DNA of 64,000 nucleotides from an uncultured Verrucomicrobiae bacterium (GCA_963707025.1 CAVPOM010000006.1:544001-608000); one strand, 5' to 3'. Numbered from the stretch's first letter, positions 19,192 through 30,048 are shown. A program made the numbers and translations. Notes: generated by a model from the sequence alone, not told the origin.

Positions 19192-21181
19192 ATGAGAATA
19201 AAACCATCGGGAAATCTTCGGGGGATCGCTGTCTTGTTGGGAGCGGCGGTTTTGCCCAACTCGCCGTCGGCGCGGTTGGCGGCGGCGGAACTCAACTTGG
19301 ACAATGGGCAGGTGAGCCTGACCTGCACGACGAAGGACGGCGCGCTTCTGCCCGGCTGGTTGCAGGACAAAAAGACCGGCCAGAGGGTGAACCTCGGCAC
19401 GGACTTGTTCAGTCTGGCGCTGACCAACGGGGCAGTTTTGCATGCCCGGCGAGTTCAGGCTGGCGGGCGAACCGCGCGTCGCGCCATTGGCGGTCAATCC
19501 GAACGCCTCGCGTCTGGCGGAACGGCTGCCGGGCCGGGAACTGGTGGCGGACTTGACCAGCGCGGACGGCAACGTGCAGGTGAGCTGGCATGCGATTTTG
19601 CGCGACGGCTCGCGTTATCTGCGCGAGGAGGTGGTTTTCACGGCGGGAAAAAATCCGCTGCCCTTGAAGGGCGTGGGGATGCTGGAGACGTCGAATGCCA
19701 CCGCGCGCGCGACCGGCACGGTGGACGGCTGCCCGGTGGCGGACCCGACGGCGTTCTACGGGGTGGAGCATCCGCTTTCGATCAATCGTGCGACCAATGG
19801 CGTTGTGCGCTGCTTCCTGCCGCGCGGCGCGGCGATTGGGCCGGGCGAAAGCTTTGCCTGTTCGCAGGTGGTTGGGTTCGTGCGGCCGGGGCAATTGCGC
19901 CGCGATTTTCTGGCCTACCTGGAACGGGAGCGCGCCCATCCCTACCGGCCGTTTCTACATTACAATTCGTGGTATGACATTGCTTATTTCGGCAAGTATG
20001 ACGAGGCGGCGGCCTTGAATGTCATCAACGCCTTCGGCCAGGAACTGGCGGTCAAGCGCGGGGTGAAGCTGGATTCGTTTTTGTTCGACGACGGCTGGGA
20101 CGACAACAAGACGCTCTGGCAGTTTCATTCCGGTTTTCCCAACGGCTTTGCGCCGCTGCAGGAGGCGGCGGCCAAATACGGCGCGGCCCCGGGCATCTGG
20201 CTTTCGCCGTGGGGCGGCTACGGCCAGCCGCACACCGAGCGCATTCAATACGGCCGGGAGCAGGGCTTCGAGATCCGCGGCAATAATTTTTCCCTGGCCG
20301 GCCCGAAGTACTACGAGCGATTCCGCGGGCGTTGCGTGGAGGTGGTGAAAAAGTACGGCATCAACCAGTTCAAGTTCGACGGCATCGGGGTGAGCGGGCG
20401 GGATGAAACGGGCGCGGGCCTGCGCGATTTTGAGGCGATGCTCAGGCTGATTGCCGAGCTGCGCTCGCTCAAGCCGGACATTTACATCAACCAGACCACC
20501 GGCACCTGGCCGTCGCCTTTCTGGCTGCTGCACGCCGACTCGATCTGGCGCGGCGGGGAGGATCATTCCTTCGTCAACGGCCCCGAGCCGCAACGCGAGC
20601 GCTGGATCACCTACAAGGACAATGACGTTCATTCCCGAATCGTGGGCCGCAGCGAACTGTATCCGCTGAATTCCTTGATGTTGCACGGCATCATTTACGC
20701 CAGGCAGGCGCGCGGGTTGAACTATGACACCAACAACATCCTCAAGTCGGAAATCCGCGCCTATTTTGGCAACGGCACGCAGTTGCAGGAAATGTATATC
20801 ACGCCGGCCCTGCTGACGCCGGAAAACTGGGACACCCTGGCCGAGGCGGCCAAGTGGTCGCGCGACAATGCCGGGACGCTCGTGGACACGCATTGGGTCG
20901 GAGGCGCGCCGTCGGCCCGGCAGGTCTATGGCTGGGCGGCCTGGTCGCCCAGGAAGGGCATTTTGACTTTGCGCAATCCGTCGGCCGTGGCCGGGGAAAT
21001 CCGCATTGACCCGGCCAAAGTTTTCGAGCTGCCGGAAGGGGCGGCGCAAAATTACACCATCGCCAATCCGTTCAAGGATCAGACGGTGGAGGCCACCCGG
21101 CTCCGTGCCGGAGAAGAGACCACGTTCAAACTCCAGCCGTTTGAGGTGCTGGTCATCGAGGCTTTGCCGGAGGTTCGTTGA
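19192..21181 (+). CDS. secreted glycoside hydrolase-like TIM-barrel protein (GH27/GH36-like; +1 frameshift near 19447)
   Basis: Signal peptide in first frame; LHYNSWYD, FLFDDGWD, FPNGF, GIWLSPWGGY, FKFDG in second frame. Confidence 0.7.
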
Positions 21182-21208
21182 GCGGTTTGTCCCGCCAAAA
21201 CCGGTACT

Positions 21209-21421
21209 TCATGAGCAGTCACCGTCGCCCGGCAAATCGAGCCGCCGGTCCAATTCCGCCAAAGTGGCAAATTCCGCGGCGGGCTTTTCAATTTTGGTGG
21301 AAAGCTTTTTGCGGTAGGCGGCGTCGGCGGCGTCCTGGAGCGACACGAGGAATGCTGTCAAGTGCCGCTGTTCGCTCGCGTTTAGCGCGGACAATTCTTG
21401 TTTCAACATCTCGATGCTCAC
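21209..21421 (-). CDS. small hypothetical protein, antitoxin/addiction-module-like
   Basis: 70-aa helical ORF; stop overlaps a following ATG (ATGA) that runs into the convergent gene. Confidence 0.5.
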   Translation of the reverse strand: MSIEMLKQELSALNASEQRHLTAFLVSLQDAADAAYRKKLSTKIEKPAAEFATLAELDRRLDLPGDGDCS

Positions 21422-21500
21422 CGCTCAATTCTATGCCTGATTCCTTTGGAATCAATCCCAAAAGCCGGTGGTGGTACAGTTCGAGTTTGAAAGTAACGGC

Positions 21501-21860
21501 CTAATATTTAGGTTCTGATTTCTGTCGTTGCCAATCGCGATAAAGTCCCCACATCATCAAAAACCATAGCGGGAGAACAAATGCCGGATGACGGTAAACT
21601 CGCTCAATGGATTTTGCCGCTGGACTCGGAACAAGATAATTGCACGCGACAACCACGGCGACGAAAAGAACTACACCGCCAAAGCCTACGCACAGTTCCC
21701 GAGGTGGAATGGGGGTAAACAATTCTGAGCGAGTCACGATGACCAAAAATGATATACCAAAGCACATGCCGAAGCCGGTAAATCCTGTCATCAAAAGCAA
21801 ACAACCGATGCTGATAAACATGGCAGCGACGGAATAGCGAATGATGAAGGCAGGTTTCAT
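21501..21860 (-). CDS. low-GC small membrane protein
   Basis: Three to four hydrophobic segments; markedly AT-rich versus flanks. Confidence 0.65.
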   Translation of the reverse strand: MKPAFIIRYSVAAMFISIGCLLLMTGFTGFGMCFGISFLVIVTRSELFTPIPPRELCVGFGGVVLFVAVVVACNYLVPSPAAKSIERVYRHPAFVLPLWFLMMWGLYRDWQRQKSEPKY

Positions 21861-22005
21861 AACAACTAAAAAGGTAGCCGAACGCGCCCGAAAATCAAGG
21901 CAAAAGTCGGTAGTTGCAAAGATCGGCCAGGCAGTTGTTTATCCCGCCAACGTGTGATAGGATTGCAGGGTCGCAGATCAATCTTGGCCGCATAATCGAA
22001 CCAAC

Positions 22006-22902
22006 ATGAATCAGAGTCCCATCACCGCGTTAATCTTCACCACCATGCTCGCCGGCATGTCATGGGCTGGGCAAGCCCAGGGTCCGGAGACCCCGGCGGC
22101 AACGGGCGGCGCCACGGCGTCCGCCGCTCCGCCAGCGCCACCCGCCGCGGGCCAGTCCGCCTCCCTCCCACCGTCCTGGCTCACCGATCTGCCCCAGGCG
22201 CAGGCCCGGGCCAAGGCGGAAGGAAAATCCGTCTTCCTTTTTTTTCACGGTTCCGACTGGTGCCCGCCGTGCGTCGAGATGCAGCGCCAGGTGTTTGACT
22301 CGCCCGAATTTGCCCGCTATGCGCGCCAGGCGCTTGTCCTGGTGGATGTGGACTTCCCGGGGAAACAGGCGCAAAGCGACGCGTTGAAGCGGGCCAACCT
22401 CGCGCTGAAAGCCCGGTTCAATCTGGGCCAGGGCTTGGGCGAGGGTTTTCCCACCATCGTTCTGCTCAATGACGCCGGCGAAACGGTCTATCAGGAAACG
22501 GGCTACGCCGGCGGGGGACCGTCGGAAGTCCTGCCCAAGCTTCAGCGTCATGCCGGGACTGGCGCAGCCGCCGCCCAACCGGCCGCCTTCAAGAACCTGA
22601 GCGTGGACGAGTTCGCGCAAATGACGGCCGACAAACGGAACGTGATTCTGGACGTGCGCACGGCCAGGGAATTTGCAGCCGGCCATCTGGCCGGGGCCGT
22701 GAACCTGGACGTGACGGCGCCGGACTTTGAAACAAAAGCGGCCTTGCTCGACAAGAGCAAGACCTACCTGGTGCATTGCGCCAGCGGCGTGCGCAGCGTC
22801 AAGGCTTGCGAAAAGCTCGGCCGCCTTGATTTTCCCAAACTCTACAACCTGCCCGGAGGCTTCAGGGCCTGGGCGCAGGCCTGCCAGCCCGTTGAAAAGT
22901 GA
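22006..22902 (+). CDS. exported thioredoxin-fold (WCPPC) + rhodanese fusion protein
   Basis: Signal peptide, FHGSDWCPPC, GFPTIVLL; then LDVRT..EF..GHL.GA and HCASGVRS. Confidence 0.85.
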   Translation: MNQSPITALIFTTMLAGMSWAGQAQGPETPAATGGATASAAPPAPPAAGQSASLPPSWLTDLPQAQARAKAEGKSVFLFFHGSDWCPPCVEMQRQVFDSPEFARYARQALVLVDVDFPGKQAQSDALKRANLALKARFNLGQGLGEGFPTIVLLNDAGETVYQETGYAGGGPSEVLPKLQRHAGTGAAAAQPAAFKNLSVDEFAQMTADKRNVILDVRTAREFAAGHLAGAVNLDVTAPDFETKAALLDKSKTYLVHCASGVRSVKACEKLGRLDFPKLYNLPGGFRAWAQACQPVEK

Positions 22903-23097
22903 CGCCAGCGCCGGCCCGGTCAAGTTCCACGAGCTGGCCGGCACAAGCCTGCGGGCCGTCCTCCGGCCTGTTGCAATTTGCAGTGAGTCGGTCAGGGGTG
23001 GCCAGGCGGGTCTGGCCTTGGCTTTGCCCGCCGTCACGGACGCCCGGCCAGATTTTGCATTTTGCATTTTCCATTTTCCCCCTACCATGTGGGTGAG

Positions 23098-23694
23098 ATG
23101 CCTGAATTGCCTGATCGTCTGTGGAAGGAATACAGCGAAGTTTTCGCGGATTTCGATGACCTGACGCTGGCCCGCTGGCTGGCCCAAACGCTCGCCCAAC
23201 TCAAGGGGCGGGCCTTGCGCTTTTCCCATCCGCTGGTGGGGGCTTACCGGCTGGCGGCCGAACAAGCCCATCACCGCCAAATCTGGCTCAAGCGCATGGT
23301 GGACGCGCCGGCGGGGTTTGCCGAAGCCGCCTGCTGCCGCGCCCCGGCCCTGCCGCTCTTTTCGCGCGATGTGCTGGAAACCGGATTACTCTGCCAGCAT
23401 TGTTCGGAAACGCTGGTGGCCCCGGAGGATTTGCCGGAGGATTTGCAGCCGGCGGTCAAACGCTGGGCCTCCGAATATGCGCCGGTCCACGCCGTGGCGC
23501 ATTGGGAGGAGCGCCGGCGCAAATCGGAGGCGGCTTACGACAAGGCGTGCGAGGCAGCCGCGCAGCACGCGGAAAAACTCCTGGCCGTGGCCGGCTTTGA
23601 ACTCATGCCGCGTTTTTTGGAGCACTACCCGGCCATCATCTGGGAAGACCATGACGAATGTTCGGAAGTCCGGCCGGATGACATCAACCCGTAG
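23098..23694 (+). CDS. conserved-looking hypothetical protein with Cys pairs
   Basis: MPELPDRL start; ACCRAP and CQHC motifs; typical codon usage. Confidence 0.75.
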   Translation: MPELPDRLWKEYSEVFADFDDLTLARWLAQTLAQLKGRALRFSHPLVGAYRLAAEQAHHRQIWLKRMVDAPAGFAEAACCRAPALPLFSRDVLETGLLCQHCSETLVAPEDLPEDLQPAVKRWASEYAPVHAVAHWEERRRKSEAAYDKACEAAAQHAEKLLAVAGFELMPRFLEHYPAIIWEDHDECSEVRPDDINP

Positions 23695-23741
23695 GCCCAT
23701 GGTGAAGCGAGGATGGCGGATTGGCAGCCGGAAAGCACGCG

Positions 23742-24440
23742 ATGTTTAAACTGATCAAACGATTGTTCCGCTGGGCGCTTTATCTGTTCATGATGGTGCT
23801 GGTGCTGGTCGTGGCGGCGGTCCTTTTGCTGAATCCGATTGTCAAACAACTCGTGCAAAGCCGCTTCCGCTCCGCCACCGGCATGGACGTGAAGATCGGG
23901 AAAATGGACATCGGGCTGGGCACTCCCACCATCGCCATGGAAGATGTTAAAATCTACAATACCCCTGGATTGGGCGGCTCGCTGTTCCTGAGCATGCCTG
24001 AAATTTTTGTGGATTATGACCGGGACGCCATGCGCGCGCACAAGCTGCACCTCAATCTGGTCCGCATCACCCTGGCGGAAATAGACCTCGTGCAGGACAA
24101 AAAAGGCCGCGACCTGGTGGGCATCGCCGAAAAGAGCCAGGCGGTCGAGGGCGGGATTAAAAAGCAATGGTCCGCCTTCACTTTCACCGGTCTGGATACC
24201 TTGAACGTGACGTTGCAGAAGCTGCGCCTCAGGCGGCTGGATTCGCCCTCCCCGGTGGAGGAGGTCAATTGCGGCATTTCCAACGAGGTCTTCACCAACC
24301 TCAAAACCGGGGAGGATTGGCAAAACCTGGCCGTGATCCTGGCGGCCAGAAGCTCGGCGTCCGCTTCCCGCTCCGGCAATGCCCCGGTTGACCTGGCCAG
24401 GCTGCTGCAACAATTTTTGCCGGCAGGCACAAAAAAGTAA
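23742..24440 (+). CDS. AsmA-like N-terminally anchored protein
   Basis: N-terminal TM helix, then TGMDVKIG...VKIYNTPG beta-rich region. Confidence 0.65.
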   Translation: MFKLIKRLFRWALYLFMMVLVLVVAAVLLLNPIVKQLVQSRFRSATGMDVKIGKMDIGLGTPTIAMEDVKIYNTPGLGGSLFLSMPEIFVDYDRDAMRAHKLHLNLVRITLAEIDLVQDKKGRDLVGIAEKSQAVEGGIKKQWSAFTFTGLDTLNVTLQKLRLRRLDSPSPVEEVNCGISNEVFTNLKTGEDWQNLAVILAARSSASASRSGNAPVDLARLLQQFLPAGTKK

Positions 24441-24537
24441 CCGGCGCAATTGGCGGCGGGGCTTGCACCCAAAGCACGCCAACCAACCCGAATAATCTTT
24501 GGCCCCCGCCCCTTCCCCCTTACATTCGCGAGCGAAA

Positions 24538-26241
24538 ATGTCGAAGATGTTGAAATCATCCGGTGGGATCGGAGCGGCCACGCTGGCCAGCCGGGTGCTG
24601 GGCCTGGTGCGCGAACAGTTCTTTGCCGCTTTCATGGGGACCACTGCCATTGCGGGGGCGTTTCAATTCGCCTTCATGATTCCCAATATGTTCCGGCGCC
24701 TGCTGGGGGAAGGGGCCTTGACCGCGGCCTTCATCCCCATCTTCAAGGCCAAGGAAAAAACCGAGGGCGAGGCGGCCATGTGGCAGGCGGCCAACGCCGT
24801 CGTCTCGGGGCTGCTGGTCCTGGCCATGGGCATCGTCCTCCTGGTCATTTTGGCGCTGTCCCTTTTGTTGATCGCGCGAACCTGGCAGCCGGAGACCAGG
24901 CTGATGTTCCAACTGATGCGCCTGATGTTTCCTTACATGTTGATGGCCTGCCTCGGCGCCGTCTTCATCGGCATCCTCAACGCCCGCGGCCGTTTCTTCG
25001 TCCCCGCCCTGAGCGCGGCGATTCTGAACGTCGTGCTCATCAGCGCGGCCGCGCTGGTTTTGTCGTTGGGAAAGGATTATGACGCAAGCCTGCACAAGCA
25101 GGTTTTCATCCTGGCCGGCGCCGTGCTGGTGGCGGGCGTGGCGCAGGCGGCTTACCAGTTGCCGGCGCTGCGGTGCGAAGGATTCCGTTATCGCTGGGTC
25201 ACGCCGTGGCGCGATGCCACGGTGCGGGAAGTGGCCGCGAAAATGATTCCCGGAGCCATCGGCGTGGCGGCCTTCCAAATCAATGTCACGGTCAACCAGG
25301 CTTTTGCCTTTGGCGAGAACGCCAGGATTGTGAGCGAATTCAACTACGGGGTCCGCCTGATGGAACTGCCGCAGGGCGTGTTTGGCTTGTCGCTGGCCAC
25401 CTTTCTTTTGCCCACCCTGTCGGCGCTGGCGGTGGAAAAAAATTTCGGCCAGTTCCGCTCGACGTTGCGCCAGGGCGTCAACCATCTGATTTTTGTCAAC
25501 CTGCTCGCCTCGGTGCTGCTCTTTACCATGGCCGAGCCGATCATCCGGCTGCTCTTTGAGCGCGGGAAATTTGACGCCCTCTCCACCACGCGCGTCAGTT
25601 TTGGCCTGATGTGCCTGGTGCCGGGGCTGGTTTCCTTTTCGCTGGTCAACATTTTCGCCCGGGCCTTTTATGCGCTGCAAGACATCCGGACCCCGATGCG
25701 CGTCAGTGTTTTTTGTCTCGCGGCCAATGTGGTGTTGACAGTGATTTTTCTTTTTGGCACGGACCTGCGGGCCGGGGCGCTCGGCCTGGCCAACAGCCTG
25801 AGTTCCTTTTGCAATCTGGGCCTGCTGGTCTTTTCCCTGCGGAAAAAATTGCGGACCCTGGAAATGGCGGAATGCCTCGCCCAACTGCCGCGCCTGGCGC
25901 TGGCCGGATTGCTGGCGGGTTTGGAGGCCTGGGTTCTCCGCCGGCATTGGACGGCGCAGGCCGGTCATGCCACCCTCCCGCTCAAACTGGGCGAGGTTTT
26001 TCTGCCCATGACCGCGGCCGCGGCCGTTTATTTCCTGCTCGCCCTGTGGTGGAAGGTTCCTTCCGCGCACGAGATCGCCGGTTTGCTGGCCGGGCGCGCC
26101 GCATCTGTCAGGTACCTAATAATGAGCCGCTCCCCCCGTCCGGCCCGCCGGCTTAGCCAGGATAATTCAGCCCCGCGCCCCAACCCGGCGGGGCGGGCGG
26201 GCCGCCCCTGCCGCCCCGGCGCCGGGAAATTTCCGGGTTAG
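24538..26241 (+). CDS. murJ: lipid II flippase MurJ (3' end uncertain; low-complexity tail)
   Basis: SRVLGLVRE, AFMIPNMFRRLLGEGAL, RLMELPQGVFG, LFERGKF, RAFYALQD.RTP. Confidence 0.95.
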   Translation: MSKMLKSSGGIGAATLASRVLGLVREQFFAAFMGTTAIAGAFQFAFMIPNMFRRLLGEGALTAAFIPIFKAKEKTEGEAAMWQAANAVVSGLLVLAMGIVLLVILALSLLLIARTWQPETRLMFQLMRLMFPYMLMACLGAVFIGILNARGRFFVPALSAAILNVVLISAAALVLSLGKDYDASLHKQVFILAGAVLVAGVAQAAYQLPALRCEGFRYRWVTPWRDATVREVAAKMIPGAIGVAAFQINVTVNQAFAFGENARIVSEFNYGVRLMELPQGVFGLSLATFLLPTLSALAVEKNFGQFRSTLRQGVNHLIFVNLLASVLLFTMAEPIIRLLFERGKFDALSTTRVSFGLMCLVPGLVSFSLVNIFARAFYALQDIRTPMRVSVFCLAANVVLTVIFLFGTDLRAGALGLANSLSSFCNLGLLVFSLRKKLRTLEMAECLAQLPRLALAGLLAGLEAWVLRRHWTAQAGHATLPLKLGEVFLPMTAAAAVYFLLALWWKVPSAHEIAGLLAGRAASVRYLIMSRSPRPARRLSQDNSAPRPNPAGRAGRPCRPGAGKFPG

Positions 26242-29225
26242 AGCCATTTCTTGTGGATGAGCCACATCTTGACCAGTTGGGTCAGGACCACGTAACAGAC
26301 CAGCGTGGCCAGCAAAATGGGCCAGAACAGCCAGGGCAGCGCCACGAAGCCGAGCCATTTGGCCAGGGGCGAGCAGGGCAGCCAGGCGGCCACGGCCATG
26401 ATGATCACGGTCGTGATGGTCAGAGGCGTGCTGGCCCGGGCCTGGATGAACGGAATCTGGCGGGTGCGGATGACGTGAATAATGAGAGTCTGGGTCATGA
26501 GCGATTCGACAAACCAGCCGGTGTGAAAGAGGGCCGCGCCCGCCGGGTCCCAGCAGTGGAACAGATCCAACATCACAAAAAACGTGGTGTAATCAAAAAT
26601 CGAACTGACTGGTCCGATGAACAGGATGAAGCGCGAAATCTCCCCCATGTCCCACGGCTGCGGTTTGGCGAGCAGGCGGACGTTGACGTTGTCGGTCGGA
26701 ATGGCGACCTGGGAAAAGTCATAGAGCAGATTGTTGGTCAGAATTTGAATGGGCAGCATGGGCTGATAGGGCAAAAAGGCGCTGGCGCCCAGCACGCTGA
26801 ACATGTTGCCAAAGTTGGAGCTGGCCCCCATGCGGATGTATTTGAGAATGTTGACGAAGACTTTGCGCCCTTCCAGCACCCCCTCCTCCAGCACCATCAG
26901 GTTTTTTTCCAGGAGGATCATGTCGGCCGAGTCCTTGGCGATGTCCACCGCGTTGTCCACCGAGATGCCCACGTCAGCCGCGCGCAAGGCGGGAGCGTCA
27001 TTGATGCCGTCGCCCATGAAGCCGACGACGCGGCCGTTGCGGCGGAGGGCCTCGACGATGCGCTGCTTGTGCGTGGGGGAAAGGCGGGCGAAGACCTGGG
27101 TGGTTTGGACCGCCTGGCCCAGTTGTTCGTCGCTCATGTTTTCCACCGCGCTGCCCAGCACCACCTGCCCGGTGTCCAGGCCCACCTCTTTGCAGACTTT
27201 GCGGGTGACCAGATCGTTGTCGCCGGTCAGTACTTTGACGGCGACGCCGTTGTGCTGCAAGGCGGCGATGGCCCGGCCGGCCGTCTCCTTGGGGGGATCG
27301 AGAAAGGCGATGTAACCCTTGAGAATCAATGCCGCTTCGTCGGCTTTGGAGTAAGCGGCCCGTTTGTCCAGGTTCCGGTAGGCCACGGCCAGCACGCGGA
27401 ATCCGTCGGCGCTCAAATCATTGTATTCCTGGATGAGATCGCCCATCAAAATGGGTTCCATCGGCAGGATTTCGCCCTCGCTTTCAAACTGGGTGCAATG
27501 GGCAAAAACCGCTTCCGGCGCGCCTTTGGTCAGGATCTGGTATTCATGGCCGGGCGTTTCCACGATGACCGACATCATCTTGCGCGAAAAATCGAACGGG
27601 ATTTCGTCCACCTTCCGGTAATTGTCAATGCAAAGTTTCTGCCCGGCCTCCGCATGGCTCAAGACCGCGCGATCCAGCACGTTCTTCAGCCCGGTCTGAA
27701 AATGGCTGATGAGGTAGGCATCCAGCAAGACGGGGTCGCTTTGTTTCTTGAACACGTCGCAATAGATTTCCAGGATGACGTGATCGCGCGTCAGCGTGCC
27801 GGTCTTGTCCGTGCAGAGCACGTTCATGGCGCCGAAGTTCTGGATGGAATTGAGGCGTTTGACGATGACTTTCTTCCGGGCCATGGCCAGCGCCCCCTTG
27901 GACAGGCAGACCGAGACGATCATGGGCAGCATTTCCGGCGTCAAACCCACCGCCACCGCCAGCGCGAACAGAAATGCCCCGCCCCAGTCATGCCGGCGGC
28001 TTTTTTTCAATTCCGCCGGGTAAGCGTCCTCCAGCAGCAAGCGGTTGAGCCGGAAATCATGGCGGCCCGGGTGCTGCAGGCGCTCCTGCGTTTCCGGCCC
28101 CAGCCGGATGCCCTGGAAACGGTTCCCGTCGTAGAGGGACGGCCCGGAAACAATCGTGTTCAAGTTGGAAACGAGAAACCCGGCCAGCTCAGCGCTGTTG
28201 CTGGGTGAGAGTTGCCAGGCGGCCAGGGACGCGCGGGCGCCGGGGTCCAATTGCCCGCTCAAAAAGGCGGAGACCGGGTCGGCTTTGGCCGCCAGTTTGC
28301 CAGCCAAGGAGGGGAGTTTGACCAGGTCATCGGGCGCAATCTCCGAGGGCGATTTGCTCAAAGCGTTGATGAGAAACACGGCCGGGACCATGACCAGCAT
28401 GAAGGTCAGCATCAGGTAGGTGAATTTTTTGATCCCTTTGTCGAAGTTGGTCTCGATCGTCTGCATCGTCATGCTGCTGGCGATGCCCCCCAAATAAGTG
28501 CGGGGGCCGGTCTCCACCACCACCGCGTGCGCCGTGCCGCTTTCCACGCTCGTTCCCAGGAAGCAGAGGTTGGCAAATTCCAAAGGCGAGATGTTTTCCC
28601 GCGTTTCCCGCGGGTCAAACTTTTCCACCGGCAATGATTCCCCCGTCAGCGTTGCCTGGATGATGAACAAATCCTTGGCCGTCAGAATCCGCACATCCGC
28701 CGGAATCATGTCGCCGGCGCATAATATGACAATGTCGCCGGGGACCAGGCGCTGCAAGGGGACTTCGGCGGGAAGGCCGTCGCGCAGGGCGGTGGCCGTG
28801 ACCTTGATCATCGCCTTCAACTTGGCGGCGGCGGAGTCGGCCTTGGATTCCTGGATGAAGCGCAGGCCCACACCGAGCACGACCATGGCCACCATCAGCC
28901 AGGCGCCGACGAAATCGCTGGTCTCCTGGGCGGTGGAAAAGCTGATGGTGGCCAGAACGGTCAACAGAATGACCAGCGGATTGCGCACGGCGTGGAACAG
29001 GCGGGTGGCCCAGGTATGACGTTTCTCGGTGGAAACTTCATTGGGACCCACGCTGGCCAGGCGCTCCTCCGCCACCGCTTCGGTCAACCCTTCCGGGCCG
29101 GTTTCCAGCTTGCGCAACGCTTCCGCCGCCTCCATCCGGCCCGCTTCCACCAATTGCGCGGAGACCCGTCCGCTGGCGGGCTTGCGTTTTGGCGGCGGCG
29201 CCGCAGTGTTGCTTTGGTTGTTCAT
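26238..29225 (-). CDS. mgtA: Mg2+-transporting P-type ATPase with 120-aa insertion
   Basis: LTGESLPVEK, AVGLTPEMLP, CTDKTGTLT, GDGINDAP, SSNFGNMFS, GWFVESL.TQTLIIH.IRT. Confidence 0.95.
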   Translation of the reverse strand: MNNQSNTAAPPPKRKPASGRVSAQLVEAGRMEAAEALRKLETGPEGLTEAVAEERLASVGPNEVSTEKRHTWATRLFHAVRNPLVILLTVLATISFSTAQETSDFVGAWLMVAMVVLGVGLRFIQESKADSAAAKLKAMIKVTATALRDGLPAEVPLQRLVPGDIVILCAGDMIPADVRILTAKDLFIIQATLTGESLPVEKFDPRETRENISPLEFANLCFLGTSVESGTAHAVVVETGPRTYLGGIASSMTMQTIETNFDKGIKKFTYLMLTFMLVMVPAVFLINALSKSPSEIAPDDLVKLPSLAGKLAAKADPVSAFLSGQLDPGARASLAAWQLSPSNSAELAGFLVSNLNTIVSGPSLYDGNRFQGIRLGPETQERLQHPGRHDFRLNRLLLEDAYPAELKKSRRHDWGGAFLFALAVAVGLTPEMLPMIVSVCLSKGALAMARKKVIVKRLNSIQNFGAMNVLCTDKTGTLTRDHVILEIYCDVFKKQSDPVLLDAYLISHFQTGLKNVLDRAVLSHAEAGQKLCIDNYRKVDEIPFDFSRKMMSVIVETPGHEYQILTKGAPEAVFAHCTQFESEGEILPMEPILMGDLIQEYNDLSADGFRVLAVAYRNLDKRAAYSKADEAALILKGYIAFLDPPKETAGRAIAALQHNGVAVKVLTGDNDLVTRKVCKEVGLDTGQVVLGSAVENMSDEQLGQAVQTTQVFARLSPTHKQRIVEALRRNGRVVGFMGDGINDAPALRAADVGISVDNAVDIAKDSADMILLEKNLMVLEEGVLEGRKVFVNILKYIRMGASSNFGNMFSVLGASAFLPYQPMLPIQILTNNLLYDFSQVAIPTDNVNVRLLAKPQPWDMGEISRFILFIGPVSSIFDYTTFFVMLDLFHCWDPAGAALFHTGWFVESLMTQTLIIHVIRTRQIPFIQARASTPLTITTVIIMAVAAWLPCSPLAKWLGFVALPWLFWPILLATLVCYVVLTQLVKMWLIHKKWL

Positions 29226-29302
29226 TCCTTCACAACTGCCGGCGGCGAATAAACCACAACCTCCTGCCAAAGGTCACGGTTAAAATACCTTGATTTGCGT
29301 GG

Positions 29303-29330
29303 TTGACTCGCGGCGGGGCGGCGGTATGTT
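29303..29330 (+). promoter_or_regulatory. candidate sigma-70 promoter for the rpmH operon
   Basis: TTGACT, 16-nt spacer, TATGTT. Confidence 0.4.
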
Positions 29331-29398
29331 CTCAGGCTCGGAAGCGCGGGGTCGCCGTGGCCGGGCTGTTGCCCCCGACGCGGGGCAATTTACAATAT

Positions 29399-29519
29399 GA
29401 GACCTCTGCAAAACGCGCGTCCACGATTGTAGCGGCGGTCTATGACCGCCGCAAACCAGGGGAAATAACGCCACGGCGACGGTCATAGACCGCCGCTACA
29501 GGCGGTTTGCAGAGGTCTC
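29399..29519. mobile_element. MITE/REPIN: TIR GAGACCTCTGCAAA, internal REP doublet, AATAT flanking direct repeat
   Basis: GAGACCTCTGCAAAAC...GTTTGCAGAGGTCTC; TGTAGCGGCGGTCTATGACCGCCG and its inverse inside; AATAT at 29394-29398 and 29520-29524. Confidence 0.8.
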
Positions 29520-29532
29520 AATATACGAAAAC

Positions 29533-29670
29533 ATGAAACGCCAGTATCAACCGTCGAAAATCCGGCGCAAACGCCAGCACGGCTTTTTGAATCGCAACTC
29601 CAAAAAAAGCGGGCGCGCCATTTTGGCCAATCGCCGCCGGGTCGGCCGCAAACGCCTCACCCCCGTTTAA
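29533..29670 (+). CDS. rpmH: 50S ribosomal protein L34 (below ORF-track cutoff)
   Basis: [45 protein letters not shown]. Confidence 0.97.
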   Translation: MKRQYQPSKIRRKRQHGFLNRNSKKSGRAILANRRRVGRKRLTPV

Positions 29671-29676
29671 CCCGCC

Positions 29677-30048
29677 ATGCCTGGCGACTCTCCCGCCCCC
29701 TTGGGCTTCCCGCGTTCCAGCCGCTTGAAGCGGCCAGGCGAATTTGCGCGCGCGCGCGCGCAAGGCCGGCGCCTGATTTGCGGCTGCCTGATTGCCAATG
29801 TCCTGCCGCGCCCCGGCCGGCTGGCGGCGCGGCTCGGCGTGGTGACGGCCAAGACGGTGGGCAACGCGGTGGCGCGCAACCGGGCGCGGCGGCTGCTGCG
29901 CGAGAGCTTCCGCCTGCACCAGCACGAACTGGCCGGGCCGGTGGATTTGGTGCTGGTGGCCCGCCCGTCCATCGCGGGCAAGAAGCTGGCGGAGGTGGAA
30001 CGCGATTTTTTGCGCGTCCTGCGGCAGGCCGGGATCGGAGGCCCATGA
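29677..30048 (+). CDS. rnpA: ribonuclease P protein component
   Basis: [28 protein letters not shown]; synteny. Confidence 0.95.
   Translation: MPGDSPAPLGFPRSSRLKRPGEFARARAQGRRLICGCLIANVLPRPGRLAARLGVVTAKTVGNAVARNRARRLLRESFRLHQHELAGPVDLVLVARPSIAGKKLAEVERDFLRVLRQAGIGGP

Noticed and set aside
26120..26241. Functional C-terminal extension of MurJ
   Set aside because: Arg/Pro-rich read-through into GC-rich hairpin DNA; may reflect another indel.
29226..29532. oriC next to rpmH
   Set aside because: Divergent gene is mgtA, not dnaA; no DnaA-box cluster or AT-rich unwinding element seen.
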